A stretch of 40,883 bases of DNA from Catajapyx aquilonaris (taxonomy: Eukaryota), in the NCBI GenBank assembly GCA_000934665.2, contig JYFJ02003505.1, positions 1 through 40,883 of the forward strand, written 5' to 3'. The position numbers and the translations under genes were made by a program. Below, one piece after another: positions 12,819-25,072 of this stretch; positions within the stretch are counted from its first letter, which is position 1, and each line of letters starts with the position of its first letter. The notes beneath the pieces were generated by a model. That model was not told the DNA's origin. It did not search any database and was given only the letters and a program-made list of their open reading frames with translations.

Positions 12819-14365
12819 AACTGGAGCAATTTCGTCTTGGAAATTGGAAAAAGAAACGTATATACGGGTAAGATTATTCCTTCAGATTGAATATACTCTA
12901 TACGCGTCAGTCCCACTCATTCATTCCGCGTACCATTGTACTAGAACTAGAGAAATGAAAGTTGAATTACTTGTATGATCTCTTACTACGCTATACCAAG
13001 TGCATACTTGAAAAACAATCCTATCTGGTATTTAATTGCATTTTACCACTGCACTGCTAGCAGTTCAATTGAACTATTCACGTCCACGCACGTCCCCTCA
13101 AGTACAAACTACAACTAAGGGCAATAACCAATAATAACTGTAGCGACCTCAACACACCAGAATCAACTAACTCAAGGCGATTAGGCGAATAAATGGGAGC
13201 TTGAAACCTGTCGAGAGAAAGACTGTTAACTGCAGCGTACTCAAAGTAATTTGGGAGAGTTTAATTGCGTCCGGGGTCTGGTAGTTTCCTACTGTGTACG
13301 TAGATAGGCCTATTGGGGGTGGTGGTTGGTGGTAAGGCTATAGCTGGCATCACGTATAAGGGACTTGAGTAAATCCGGCGACCTTTGAGCCCTGGAGCCA
13401 CACTACACAGCCTCCTTTGTGCCAAGAGATGGAAATGTTTGGCCGGATGAAAGGCCGAGGTGTCGGCCGTGTTTGTGTACACAACCGGCTCTGTGTAGAT
13501 GGGACCCATCCCTGCTGTACCTGAATATTATTATTATTCCTTCGGGAGTCATCATGCACATGCAACCACGTCACACTCGAGGGCTATATTTTGGCTCCCT
13601 GCTCAACTTTCGCCAATAAGTTTGGATTGGAACAAGAACGGTTGGGTACACAACTGCTAACGAACCAGCTCCTCCATTTATAAGCTCGGCTGATAACATT
13701 ATAAAGGATTCCTTCAAGCATTCCCGCGAGATCAATTCGACTCAGTCACCGTTACACAGTTGGCAAGAATTCCGGGGCCCGGGAGTTTTAAAAAACGCTG
13801 TAATAGGGTGTAAGTTTGACAAAATGACTTGTAGTATTTGAATAAAGGCTATATGCTCGCTGGGGTAATGGGAGGAGCTTCATTAGGCGCCTCCTTGTAA
13901 AGCAATTTCGAAGGGTGCGTCTGCCGAACAAGTGCACTTCATACAGTGCTATAGTCTCCAAGGCAAATTGTAGCCTGGAGTGCCACTAAAGTTGCGCCAC
14001 TTTACCTGAAAAATAATACTGTTCCGAAATGCTTGTCGACCATCATGAGGTGTGCTCTCCTAAAAATTCGAGTCAAAGTTGGCGGCATTCTGTATATATC
14101 TGCCTCTGTCGGGTAACGAGCTAATTTTATAGAGCGACAGCCCTCCCACGCTGTTTTCGAAATATTGTCCGGGGAAATCTTCTGGAGCAACGCTACTCCA
14201 AGTTATACCGGAATGAAGTACTTACATGAGTGCACGGTGCTCAGGAAGATCACCGGCTTCGTAAGTACCAAACTTTACTAAACGCCTTAGCACTGGACGA
14301 CAACAACAAACGATAAGCTCTGCCTTTACTTAACCAGAATGTCCTGTTGTATGATTAAATGTGCC

Positions 14366-14369
<4 letters not shown>

Positions 14370-14450
<81 letters not shown>
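14370..14450. repeat. (ATT)27 perfect microsatellite
   Basis: Direct reading. Confidence 0.98.
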
Positions 14451-14451
<1 letters not shown>

Positions 14452-16845
14452 GCAGCTTTGAGGTTATAACTATTACCAGCCCACCAGAGAAGGTTCTTCC
14501 CCATGCTGGATACTGACTGTGCGGTACTTTTTGACCTACTTTATTTCCCCTGGAAACGTTCGCAGCATGACGCCTATCCGAAATTGCGAGTTAACTGTTG
14601 CACAATGGTGCATGAGGAAAAAGGCCCTGGGGAGCGATAGTATTGGGCGCGAAGATTTTCGGCAGTAAGGTGATTGACGAAGGGAGATTTTGGGGGTAGG
14701 GAAGATAGGATGGAAGAGGCTGTGCGGAATTAAGGCCTGGCTCTAAGGAAGGTTCTTATCTCTCATTAGGCGCCCAGCACACGACGCAAGGGTGGAAAAG
14801 GGGTAAAGGAAGAGTGGGCGGCCAAGGGGAAAGGGAGGCACACATATCTCGCAAATATTGGCTCATTAGTGGGCTCGCCGCCTTTGTAATTGGAGCTTTG
14901 TTCACACCACTGCTCTCTCGCTCTCTTCTATACCTTCTCTCAACAAGATTGTGCGGGTTTTTTCTGGCTTAAGTTATACCAGAAGAGAAGCAGAGTTTTT
15001 GACTTGCATCAGGGTTCGTTCGTATAGTAACAGTTTCTAGATTGCATATGCACTCATTAGTGGACAGAACTATGGTTTGGATATCTCATTAGGTGTTCAG
15101 ATGTGAATTCTCTTTCTTCAGAATGTTTTGAAAACTGGGCGCTGAGAAGCTGGTTGAAATGGTATTCCCCAACTTTTCCTGATATTTACAACAGGGCCCA
15201 CACCCAAATTAGCTAATCAAACCAGGATGGATTACCATCCTTCATTTCTTAATTAGCCTTTCTGAACTCCTTTACAGTGGGGTTGACTAATCCGGATGCC
15301 AGTTCTTGTTTATATATTACTATGTTGTAATTGTACCATCATTGACATGCAGCGCTACTTACTGAATCCCTTCATTCTGCGTTGTGTGCTTAAAGTGTTA
15401 TGGGATTCAGCAACCTCAATCTAGTTTAAACTCCAAAGTGCGGTATACCAAAACCTTGCACAACTTGGTAGGTTTTCTTATGTATTATGTCAATTGTATT
15501 TCGCATAAATTGAAGAATGTCTACCGTCTCATTTTATCCTGATGTAAGACATTAATTTGTGATAGTCTTATAGATTCTCTGTATCACATTTTAGCAACAT
15601 AACTGTATCGACGAATCTAGCACACGTACACTTTGAAGTTTAGGTTCGTTGGGTACCATGTTTGCAGATCGCTAAATGTTTCGCTAGGCTATTTGCACAG
15701 TTTCCATAAAAATGCATTAAAATTTCTTGCCTGTCCGTTGAGCATTTAAACAACGTTGGTTTAAAGCCTGATAAATATTAAATACGAGAGTGATGTATTT
15801 ATACCTACATACAGGCCTATGGGAAAAACAGTGCATTTTGCACTCGAGAGTCAAGTGAAAATCAGGTTGGTTATGTTTTATTCCTATACACCTACTCCAT
15901 CCTCTTCCATTCACAATCATTTTTTGATTACATCGCGCTACATGGGCCAGTACGTGACCACACAATGACGCTGTAATGCTTGAAATTTCACACGGGATGA
16001 AACGATAATCATGCTGCCTGTTAATAATTACTGAGGTGTTGTCGGGTGACAGAAATATCAAAAACGTCATACGCAAAGAAACCGCGTCTGCTTGTGAATA
16101 ATTATCCTGGCCATATACTGTATTTAGTCGTCTGCAGTATTCAGCATACTGTATATTGCACATTAATTTGCCTGTAAACCGAGCTGTAAACAACATGTAA
16201 ATTGAATTCCATGTTTCAGTATATGATTATCATCAGTGTGTAGCATTATTTGTGGGAGTATTATTGTCCGTCTAACTGATTCATATACTCGATAATTGTT
16301 ATAGTCACTGACAGGCATAGCAGAGCAGGTCTATAAATTAACAAAACTCATAAAAACAACAATTATACAAACATATGCATGACAGGTCAGAGGCAAAGTC
16401 AGTGTAAATGACGTCATGCATTCATTTCCACGAATAACAGTAAAAATATTTTGTCAAGCATGTTGACTGGTTATGTGCACTAATTCTTATTCATGTGCTT
16501 ATGGAAAAATACCAATTCTCTTGACCCCCATGAAAGGTTGCACTATGTCCATTTTGCGGTAAAATTAGAGTGCTAACACTAGACATATTGCTAATGTCCC
16601 TAATGAAACAAGTACATACCAGTATAAAAATAATAGTTAACATAATCAGATGAGTAGGAAAGAATGAGATGATGCACATTATTCAACCTATAGCAGCTAA
16701 CGGCATTGCTTATGGTGTTACTTGCGTTTAGTTTGGCTGGGTTTATTGATGCTGTGGAAGCAACTCAGGCCATCATGCAGCATTGCTGGGAAAGTATCAT
16801 ATAGAGGATGGGAATGTTGCTGTAGAGTAAGAGGGAAATAGTGTA

Positions 16846-17303
16846 CTATCGGTTTCAAATACTTTTGGCCACTTTATCCTGGTCTTGAAGCAACCCTTCG
16901 CACAGACCCCATGTTAAAGAGATGTGTGTACGGGTCTTCAATTAGCTCTGGGGACGGAAATGGGACTTTTAACTGTAACTGTGGGGACATTTTCAAATAG
17001 TGGGGACATTTCTCGTCCCCACAATTGAGTTGACCGGTTTGGTACATACATAGTGGGGACATGTCCCCACAATTGGGTCTGTTTAAAGACCATTTATCTC
17101 AGCCTAGGTTAGTTAGGGTAGGGTAGGTTAGGTATGTTATGTTAGGTTAGGTTAGGTTAGGTCATGTTAGGATAAACTAGGTTTCAAAAGTTGTGTTAGC
17201 CATGTCCCCACAGCTTATGGCGTACAAACATGTGTGTGTGGGTGTGTGTGAAGGGTTGCTTCAAGACCAGGATAAAGTGGCCAAAAGTATTTGAACCCGA
17301 TAG
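16846..17303. mobile_element. MITE with 54-bp terminal inverted repeats and TA flanks (Tc1/mariner-type target duplication)
   Basis: 16846-16899 vs 17250-17303 are 53/54 identical inverted repeats. TA lies on both sides (16844-45, 17304-05; GTAC context). No coding capacity. Internal GTGGGGAC/GTCCCCAC motifs and a TTAGG array. Confidence 0.88.
17105..17183 (+). repeat. Degenerate (TTAGG)n telomere-like array inside the MITE
   Basis: TAGGTTAGTTAGGGTAGGGTAGGTTAGG...GTTAGGTTAGGTTAGGTTAGG; TTAGG is the ancestral arthropod telomeric repeat. Confidence 0.85.
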
Positions 17304-18164
17304 TACCCGGGGAAATTCACTCGAGCATAAATTATAGCCACGAAGAAATGACCTTAGATGATGTAGCAATTTTGGTTACTTTCATCCGAGACTGCGGCAT
17401 ACAATATCTTGCAGTCCATGTTTGAAACGCAATTAATCTTACTGAATTATTACTGCATACTTTTAATATAGCCATTAATTCTGTAATCAAGTGGAAATCT
17501 CCAAAACAAATTAGGATCATTTAGTCTTGGAATATCGGCCGAGCTCGCCTTTAGGATCACCAGCATAGTATATAGGCTCAAACAGTATAATTCCAATACC
17601 TGGAGCGGTTGGAAGGATGAGGATAGACCTTGCCTTTTCTACCCGCTCTAATGAGAGTGCACACTCACTTTTGTCCGCTATTTGCTCAAGTAAACAAGAC
17701 TCTTCGGAGAGGGGATTATGTCAATGTAAGTGATGAGCTGCCAAATGGTTACAATACCAGCCTTTTGTGTCTTCCAGGTATCCGCAGATTAGCACTCTAT
17801 TCCAACAGCACTACCATACACTATGCAGGATGGTCCAAAATAATTGTCCGACTAATATGGCTATTTGTTGGCACTCAGCTGCTTACTTTAGCCGTTAGTT
17901 TCGCATACTTACTTTTAATGGCTGTCAAAATTATTGCAAATGACCATATACGTAAGTGCTGAGACAAGTATTTTGCATCCCTCTGTATGTAGTCTACATG
18001 TATAGTGATGAAGGCTTAGTAAAATTGCAAACCCAACTTCTTACAGAGTGTATCCTGCGGCTTTCCAAGTATTTCGGTAGTAGGCGTTTCAAATTGAGAA
18101 ACCACGTTGCCAACTTAGAGGTTACAAGAGGCTCAAACTTTCGTCGGCTCTATCGAACGAGGTG

Positions 18165-18233
18165 CGAGAAAGTGGGAATCGAACCCTACAGTTGCCGGTT
18201 TCCTTTAATCCGGTGCTAAGAACTAACTTCTCG
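18165..18233 (-). pseudogene. tRNA-like relic (tRNA pseudogene or SINE head)
   Basis: On the minus strand CGAGAAG pairs with TTTCTCG (7-bp acceptor-like stem), with a perfect B box GGTTCGATTCC (plus 18175-18185) and a CCGG...CCGG anticodon-like stem. D arm and anticodon loop are non-canonical. Confidence 0.4.
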
Positions 18234-18467
18234 GGTGCTTTTGCTTGCGATAATGCTGCAGAGTCTCAAATATATTATTATGAAACTTTTCCTAATTTTA
18301 TGCTGTTAGTGTAAATTCTATTAAGAAACTCTGTGTTACTCTCGTGTGCAGTATACACCACCTAGCGTGACATATAGCATTTACTTTAGAAAGTTACGAA
18401 ACTGTAATAAGCAGTGGTGTGAGGATTATGTAACTCCTACATGTTAGAGCTTCAAATAAAATATTAA

Positions 18468-18599
18468 CCTCCTGACGCCCAGCGTGCAGCCCTCTAGCCA
18501 TTGGGGTTTAAAATTTTTGCAAATTTTTTTTTAGATTTTTTTTTCTTCTAAAAATTATTTTTTTAAAAAAAAAATTAAAAAAAACTGGGCTTCAGGAGG
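18468..18599. mobile_element. piggyBac-type miniature element, 132 bp
   Basis: TTAA at 18464-67 and 18600-03. TIR CCTCCTGACGCCCAG vs CTGGGCTTCAGGAGG (14/15). A/T-rich non-coding interior. Confidence 0.85.
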
Positions 18600-20550
18600 T
18601 TAATATGAGTAGGCAGTATCAAGTACAATGTTTCTGACACCCGAGGCGCACTCAGAGTTACTGCATTCTACAGTATTTTTCATAAATATTACTTTCCACC
18701 GCAGTAAAGCAACTTCTGCAACTAAAACTGGACATGGTTAATCACCATCAAACAAACATAAATTGACTATAACCGGAGTTTATTACTGCACCAATCTGAG
18801 AAATAACTGTACCTAGCCCAGCCTCTTGCCAAATCCGACCGCATTTCCGGCTGCAACAACACGGTGCGCAAAGTGGCCCATTCGGAGCACTCACCATCTG
18901 CACTCGACAATTAAAGACGACAGTAAGCCGCAAACTCCTGCGACTTTCCAGCTAAAACGGCCCTCCGATCATGTCCTAGGGAGGGCCCTGTAATTACTGC
19001 CTGCGAGGAATGAACTTGAAATAGAAAGCAATGGCCTGCACATGTGCTGTGTTCTGACAGAGTATAATGCCCCCCATCAGAGGTTAACTCAGCACCTGCG
19101 GTAGGATTTTCAGAGCATTGCGATATCGATTTGCAATTCCATATCGCGAAATCCTTATTTGAGAAGCACCTTGACCCAAACTTAGTCGGACGAAGATTGA
19201 AGAAAGTGAGAGGACACTTTTGCTCTTTTGGGATTAAATGCTGACAAAGCCGACTGTTAGTCCAAGTGACGGAGATGCTCTCAGGGGCTGCACCTCTTGA
19301 CACCTGCTGATGCTGCGGAAACACAAACTCTCAGGACCACACCCATCTCGGGTTAGCACAAATCGGTCGGAATCGCAAATTCTTGTGCGATCGAGTCTTC
19401 AGCTGGATGTCGTCAGAATGTATACCGATTGGTATGATTTCATACAATTCTGGGACAGCAAATATTTTAATCTGAAACCCACACCTGGGTGTCCCGACAG
19501 GAAATTATGGCACTTATTTTCACGTATCTGTGGATGTATGAATTTGCATATGGGTGTTTCCAAAATTATGCAGACACACTCAGCATATAGGCGTTTACTG
19601 TATATGTGGCGTTTAACCATGCGCACATTTTCTGCATCCTAGAATTGGTATTATGACAATGAGCCCTCATAAGCTGCAATAATATGATTACAGGAGGGTT
19701 GCAATGAGATATGAACTGCGTCGATATAATGAACACCACAGGTTTCAGGATAATCATGGCATTTATATGTACAAATTGTGCTAAAATTCGTGGTGGATGG
19801 ATAGTTTTTCCTGTATAGGTTTTTGAAAATATAACAAGAAAGTTTCCAGGCCTCCTCCCCGGTGTCTTCCTATGTGGGAAAGATCTTACGTGCACTGACA
19901 TACACTATCATTATCAGTTATGATTATGTGTAGCTTTGCCTTTAGTACAGCTGACTATATGTTATCAACAAAGTGGGTCTTTTCACCCAAAATAATATTT
20001 CCAGTAACAACTGCAACCACTCATGACATGATTGTACAAAGTTTCAGCCTTCTACCTTGCCGGAAGGTTGGAAAAAAGTACTACATCGCTCACAGGCTTG
20101 TATCGCAAACAATTTCATCAGCACCTCGCAATGTCGTAAATGCTCAAGGGCATTAAAACATTATCAGTTCCAGTTATCAGTGTATTTAGTCCGTCACGCT
20201 TGTCTAAGTCGCATAATAAGGGCATTAGCCTAATTATTTCTCAAAGCGACAAGAAACGGGGTTATTTCTATTGTACTGTGTACATACATGGCGACTAACT
20301 GCAGTAATCAAAGTCTAATCTAAATCATATACACACCCAGAATGACCAGCATGCCTATCACAACCAAAAACCGATTTAACCAGAATAATTTCGGATCCTC
20401 TGATTTGAATTTTGAATCCTACTATATATAGAGTAAATCCTCCAGCACTATCCAAGTACCTTGTTTTTAATATGCACCACGAGCGCAAAACAGCACTAAT
20501 AACGCGAGTAATACCTGCTCCCCTAAATATATGACATTCATCAGTGGAAT

Positions 20551-20630
20551 TGTAAATGAGTGTGGCGACCAGGACGCAATTTGGACCACCCTGGGGTTGA
20601 GAAAGGCAAGCCAACGGCATATAACCCTTC
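20551..20630 (+). mobile_element. Possible internal fragment of an insect tRNA-SINE with an RTE-derived segment
   Basis: TGTAAATGAGTGTGGCGACC...GCAATTTGGAC...GGGTTGAGAAAGGC...CAACGGCA resembles, from memory, RTE-related SINE bodies. No head, tail or TSD is seen. Confidence 0.25.
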
Positions 20631-23281
20631 CCCCGAAGCCATCCAGCTCCGAGGAACATACAGTAGGCAGGATATTGCCAAACTAATACCAAATCTGGAT
20701 TAGTGCCGTTGGGGGCGAAAGCGTGATGGGTGACCCCGCGTGCCACTCCCTATATACGGTATTAGGCTGTTAGCCAACTCTAAGGCCGAGGTAAAAAGTT
20801 GGTAACTTGCAATGAACGGGAGGGCTGAAGTGGAGGTCTCCGTGTAATGGGAACACATGATTTGTCAGCCGGAATTATGGCCGTGAAAATAGCAATTCCC
20901 TTCCTTGGATAGCAGGTGTCACGGTGGCAGGCATGTAATCACCCGCAGATTAATTAGAGTAATATACACCGGTACGTGCAATGTTAGACAGGTGTTGTCC
21001 TCGTGGCTCGCCTAATTAATGGGGCTACCAAGTCTATTATGCCTTGGCGTCACTACCTGCGTGCGGTGACGCCATTGTTTACGTGCAAATACTCGCTCAA
21101 ATGTTGGTTTGGCGCAGAAACACCTATTTCTGTTGCGATTTTTATTCAGAGTACGGAAATGCGGTACCGTTTCTATATTGTCCACGCGTCATCACTTCGA
21201 CCAAGTGTTTCTTAATATGAATGTGTTTACGCAAGTACACCTATCACCAGAGAAAATATTTCTGGATGGAATCATAATTATACTTTGCGTCATAGAACTG
21301 ACGTATTATCCCAGGTGCGTAATTTTTGTACTATAGCAAAGTCACTCTGCTTACGTGACATTTTTTTCTGACTGCAGCACTGCAAAATTGTACGAGCCTT
21401 ATTTGCATAGTTATAGATAGAAAATGGCCTAGAGTAAGGATTATACGAGTCGTAACAGCAAAACCTCATTTCAGATATACTGTACATCCAGTGGGTTGTT
21501 AAAATGTACTCCATGAATGAAAGTGACTGCCGAGTACAGTACATTACTCTGAGAACGCAGAACTGAGCACTGTGTAGGCTTTCTTGAGCAGTGAAATATT
21601 TATATTTCGCTGGAAATTCAATATTTCCCAAAATATTCCGCAGTGGAAAACCTTTTATAGTTCCCCGGGTATCAAGTTAGTGCAGCCGTATAACTTGATG
21701 AATATTATTAGGCGGTGGTTAACTCGATCATCATAATTCAGTGATAATAATCACATTTGCAAAGCATGTTTCGCACCATCCAATTATTCAGTGCCTGCAA
21801 CACTCCCCCTAATTAACAATACTGACGCCTCAACTTTGTTACTAACCGAAGAAGTAGGAGCTAATGCTACCATTACCATCTGATGCAGCAAAAAAAGATC
21901 ATAAATCTGAAGTAATGAGCATTTCATGAAACCTGTACAGCTGAAGGCTTAAGGTGTTGTCAGAAGGCAACACCCCACTGAAAATCTTGGTTTGCGTAAG
22001 TGAGCATCATCTTTTCATAGAGTAGTTGGCCCGGATTATTCCATCGGCTCCCCAGCATGCGCTCCCTATCTTATTATTCGCTTTGTCTGCCCAGGGTGTT
22101 GGCCCTCTCTTTGGCAAACAAAATTAGATCGGGGTTATATCCCCGAGCCGTTAACGCGCTTGTCCAGGCTGATAAGCAAGCCATTTCTCTATTCAGATAA
22201 TCTCTTGACCGTCCAGGGATTAATCTAGGTGGGCGCCTGCTGGGCCTGCAGCCGCTACCTCGCCTCAAGATTATGTACCTGCATCCTAACCCGGCACACT
22301 ATTTCGGCCATCTAGCTTGAATTATTAATTTCATTCAAAGGCAGGGAAATGCTATTGACCCCGTCTGACCCGCCTTATATACTCTGCGTAATGTCATCTA
22401 CCCTGATTAGCGTCAAAGCAGTATACCCGGCAGCGTTCATTTATGTACAGGGTGTTTCACTGGCTACAGGTGGTGGGTTCATCATCGTCATCATGAGAGA
22501 CGGGCTCAGATTGGGAGTCGATATGTGTGATGTAGGCCGTGTCTCCGGAAATCGACATGGGTGCTGCGAAGATGGAAATGAGCGAGGTACCAGGTCGGGG
22601 TCCTAAGGCTGGCGTCAAGGTCTAATTACTCGGCAGTATTTGGAGCTTTGACGACGGCGGCAAAGAGGCTTTGCCAAGAGCCACAAAAGGCAAGTGAGCA
22701 AACAAGAGCCCGCAGCAAATTGAAAGCAAGGAGGATTCCGCAGACGCCTTTGTCGCCTTGGGACACATTGCTGGTAGGCCTACTAGCACTCGTCCTCTCC
22801 TCATCACTGACAGGGACATGAATGGCTGGTTGTCTTGCTTTGCATGGCTACACTGACGAAGGCTACAGTATTACCAGCAGGTATTGGCTTCCTGCACCAT
22901 TTGCACCAACCCTCCCTTTTTTCGTCAATATATCATTTGGATGGTGGTATGTATTGTATAGTATATACACAGCGCATTGCCCTGTGCAATAATCACTACA
23001 TAAATGGTTGGAGAGCGAGCAATTATTAAAGCAAGCTCGTTTCATCAGATTAAGCAAACATGCGGGAAAATCCAATACCTTTTGTGAAACACTGTACACC
23101 GAATGAGTGCACGGCTGGGGACACTACATAAATTACGCAACCCTGTTTTGATCATCCTAGTCCAAGCACTATCACGCTCTGGTGACCGCAGTTTAGTGAC
23201 GCGCGTCGCGTTTAAATATGGAAAGGATCGCGTTTTAAAGACACGAGTGTAAATATAGTGTAAGAATAAAATCTGACAGAC

Positions 23282-23736
23282 CTTCTGAAGTCCCTGGCCC
23301 AGCAGGCGTAGATGACCGGATTCATCCCGGAGTTGAGCCATCCTAGCCAGGTGACGATGGCGCCTACCAGCTCCTCCTCTCGCAGGCATCCGACACAGAA
23401 GCCTGACAAAAGGTTGGTGACGAAGAAGGGCAGCCAGCAGCAGATGAAGACACCCATCACGATGCCAAGAGTCTTTGCCGCTTTACGCTCCTTGGCGAAC
23501 TTGGCCAGCTTTCGACTGAGAGAGAATGGCTTGGGCTGCACCGAAGTGGGCCTGCACACCCCGACACCCACTCCGAGGCTGGCACTGGCACCCACGCCCA
23601 CAGACAAACCATGCAACCCGTTCACATGCTGGTGGTGCTCCGACGGGGGCTCCTCCGATGCGCCCCTGGAGATCACACCGCCCCGAGCACTGCCCCCACG
23701 GTGGATGCGGAGGGTCAACCCACACTCACCATCCGT
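23282..23736 (-). CDS. Dop1R2: Invertebrate D1-like dopamine receptor (Dop1R2/DAMB/INDR), coding exon 3: ICL3, TM6, TM7
   Basis: Acceptor ttgtttttccag|ACG at 23736 (phase 0). Encodes LTLRIHRGG, FSLSRKLAKFAKERKAAKTLGIVMGVFICCWLPFF and WLGWLNSGMNPVIYACWARDFR, signatures of the Dop1R2 clade. Donor AG|gtctgt after 23282 (phase 2). If unspliced, the frame stops at 23212. Confidence 0.93.
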
Positions 23737-23871
23737 CTGGAAAAACAACAACATGTGATTAGCAATACCTGATGTCAGTCACCTAATATGCCGTGGTCAG
23801 GAAGAAAGCAGCCTCGTAGTACAGATGCTGTTTTTTTCCTGAGAACGGCCTAAATCGTCATTCGGCCACAC

Positions 23872-24271
23872 CTTCGAGTTCAAAACTACCTTGGTGCCGA
23901 GACGGAGGCTGCGTGTCTGCGCGGCTGCTGCTCGGTACACCCGGTAGTATGTGAAGACCATGACCAGCAGAGGGGCGTAGAAGGAGATGAGTGAGGAGAA
24001 GAGAAGGTATCCCAGGTCCTCGGTGAAGGGACACTTGAGTGGGGGCGGAGGGTGGTCGCGGGTGGCCCTCCACCAGGCGATGGCCGGGAAGGAGATGAGG
24101 GCAGAGCACACCCAGACCAGGGCGATCAGGGCACACGCACGGGGAGGGCTCATGCGGCTCGGGTACGTGAAAGGGTCTGTCACTGCCCAGTACCGGTCCA
24201 GGGATATCACGCACAGGTTCAGGATGGAAGCTGTCGACGCCAGAACGTCCAACGAGTGCCACATGTCGCAC
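23872..24271 (-). CDS. Dop1R2: Dop1R2-type dopamine receptor, coding exon 2: TM3-TM5
   Basis: Acceptor ccgatcag|G at 24271 completes the Trp codon from exon 1. Encodes CDMWHSLDVLASTASILNLCVISLDRY (amine-binding Asp, DRY), the TM4 Trp and TM5 SSLISFYAP (catechol-binding serines). Donor AAG|gtgtgg after 23872; 135-bp intron follows. Confidence 0.95.
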
Positions 24272-25072
24272 CTGATCGGTTGGGAATAAATCACAATTAT
24301 TACACACTTGTTCACTTGTAATCTGAAAGTGCTTCGCACTAATCAAAATTGAGACCAGTCGATGTGGTCATTAGCAAAAAAAGCCGTATCTGAAATGTGC
24401 AATATGGCCGATCGTTGTCCCACCGCTTCCATTAGACTACCGTCGCTGGAGTGCAGTGTAATGGAGCTGGACTAGCAATGCTCGGCCTTATTGCACATTG
24501 CAGATACGGCTTTTTGGCCAGAACGGCAGGGTTTCACTGAGCGTGACAAGAGGATACTAGGGAGTTCGGCCGAGTGTGGCTGCTCGAAAGTAGTAGAATC
24601 AGCGTGAGGCACTGTGCTTTCAGAATGGTCTCTAACCGTACTGCTAAGAAACGCAAGCCCAGACGCAAACTCGATCATATACCGAGGCGATATCGCTAAA
24701 CGGTAACGGCCAGTTTTTGGGAACGGAATTTTCTACTGGTAGTTGGCAATATCAAAGTTGGAGCTGAACGAAATGGATATAGAAGTTTGGAATAAGTTCT
24801 TATACAGTGTTCCGATTTAGTTGGCGAATTTCTTCGCCCGAAGTTTCTTATTTTTAGTAGTTACGTTCGCATAGTTTTAAAAAGGATTGGTCTACACTTT
24901 TCAAGATATTAGGAGCTAATGTTTTGATGACTACTAAGTTTGGGCTGAAAATATCTAATGGCACCAGTTTTGATGGGACACGTTGTACTGTATATCATCA
25001 ACGGTAATATCGTAATATCGCCTGATTTATTATCGCGGAGTTTGCGCCATGCCTGCACAATATTTTCCGTAC

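Noticed and set aside
15717..16196. 159-aa minus-strand ORF
   Set aside because: No domain similarity; composition typical of random AT-rich DNA.
21340..21402. ARTILQCCSQKKMSRK, superficially like a Dop1R2 helix-8 tail
   Set aside because: The only AG before it gives phase 0, incompatible with the phase-2 donor of exon 3; the acceptor is weak.
24803..24990. Possible mariner-type MITE in receptor intron 1
   Set aside because: Ends (TACAGTGTTCCG / GGGACACGTTGTA) match each other too weakly to support a call.
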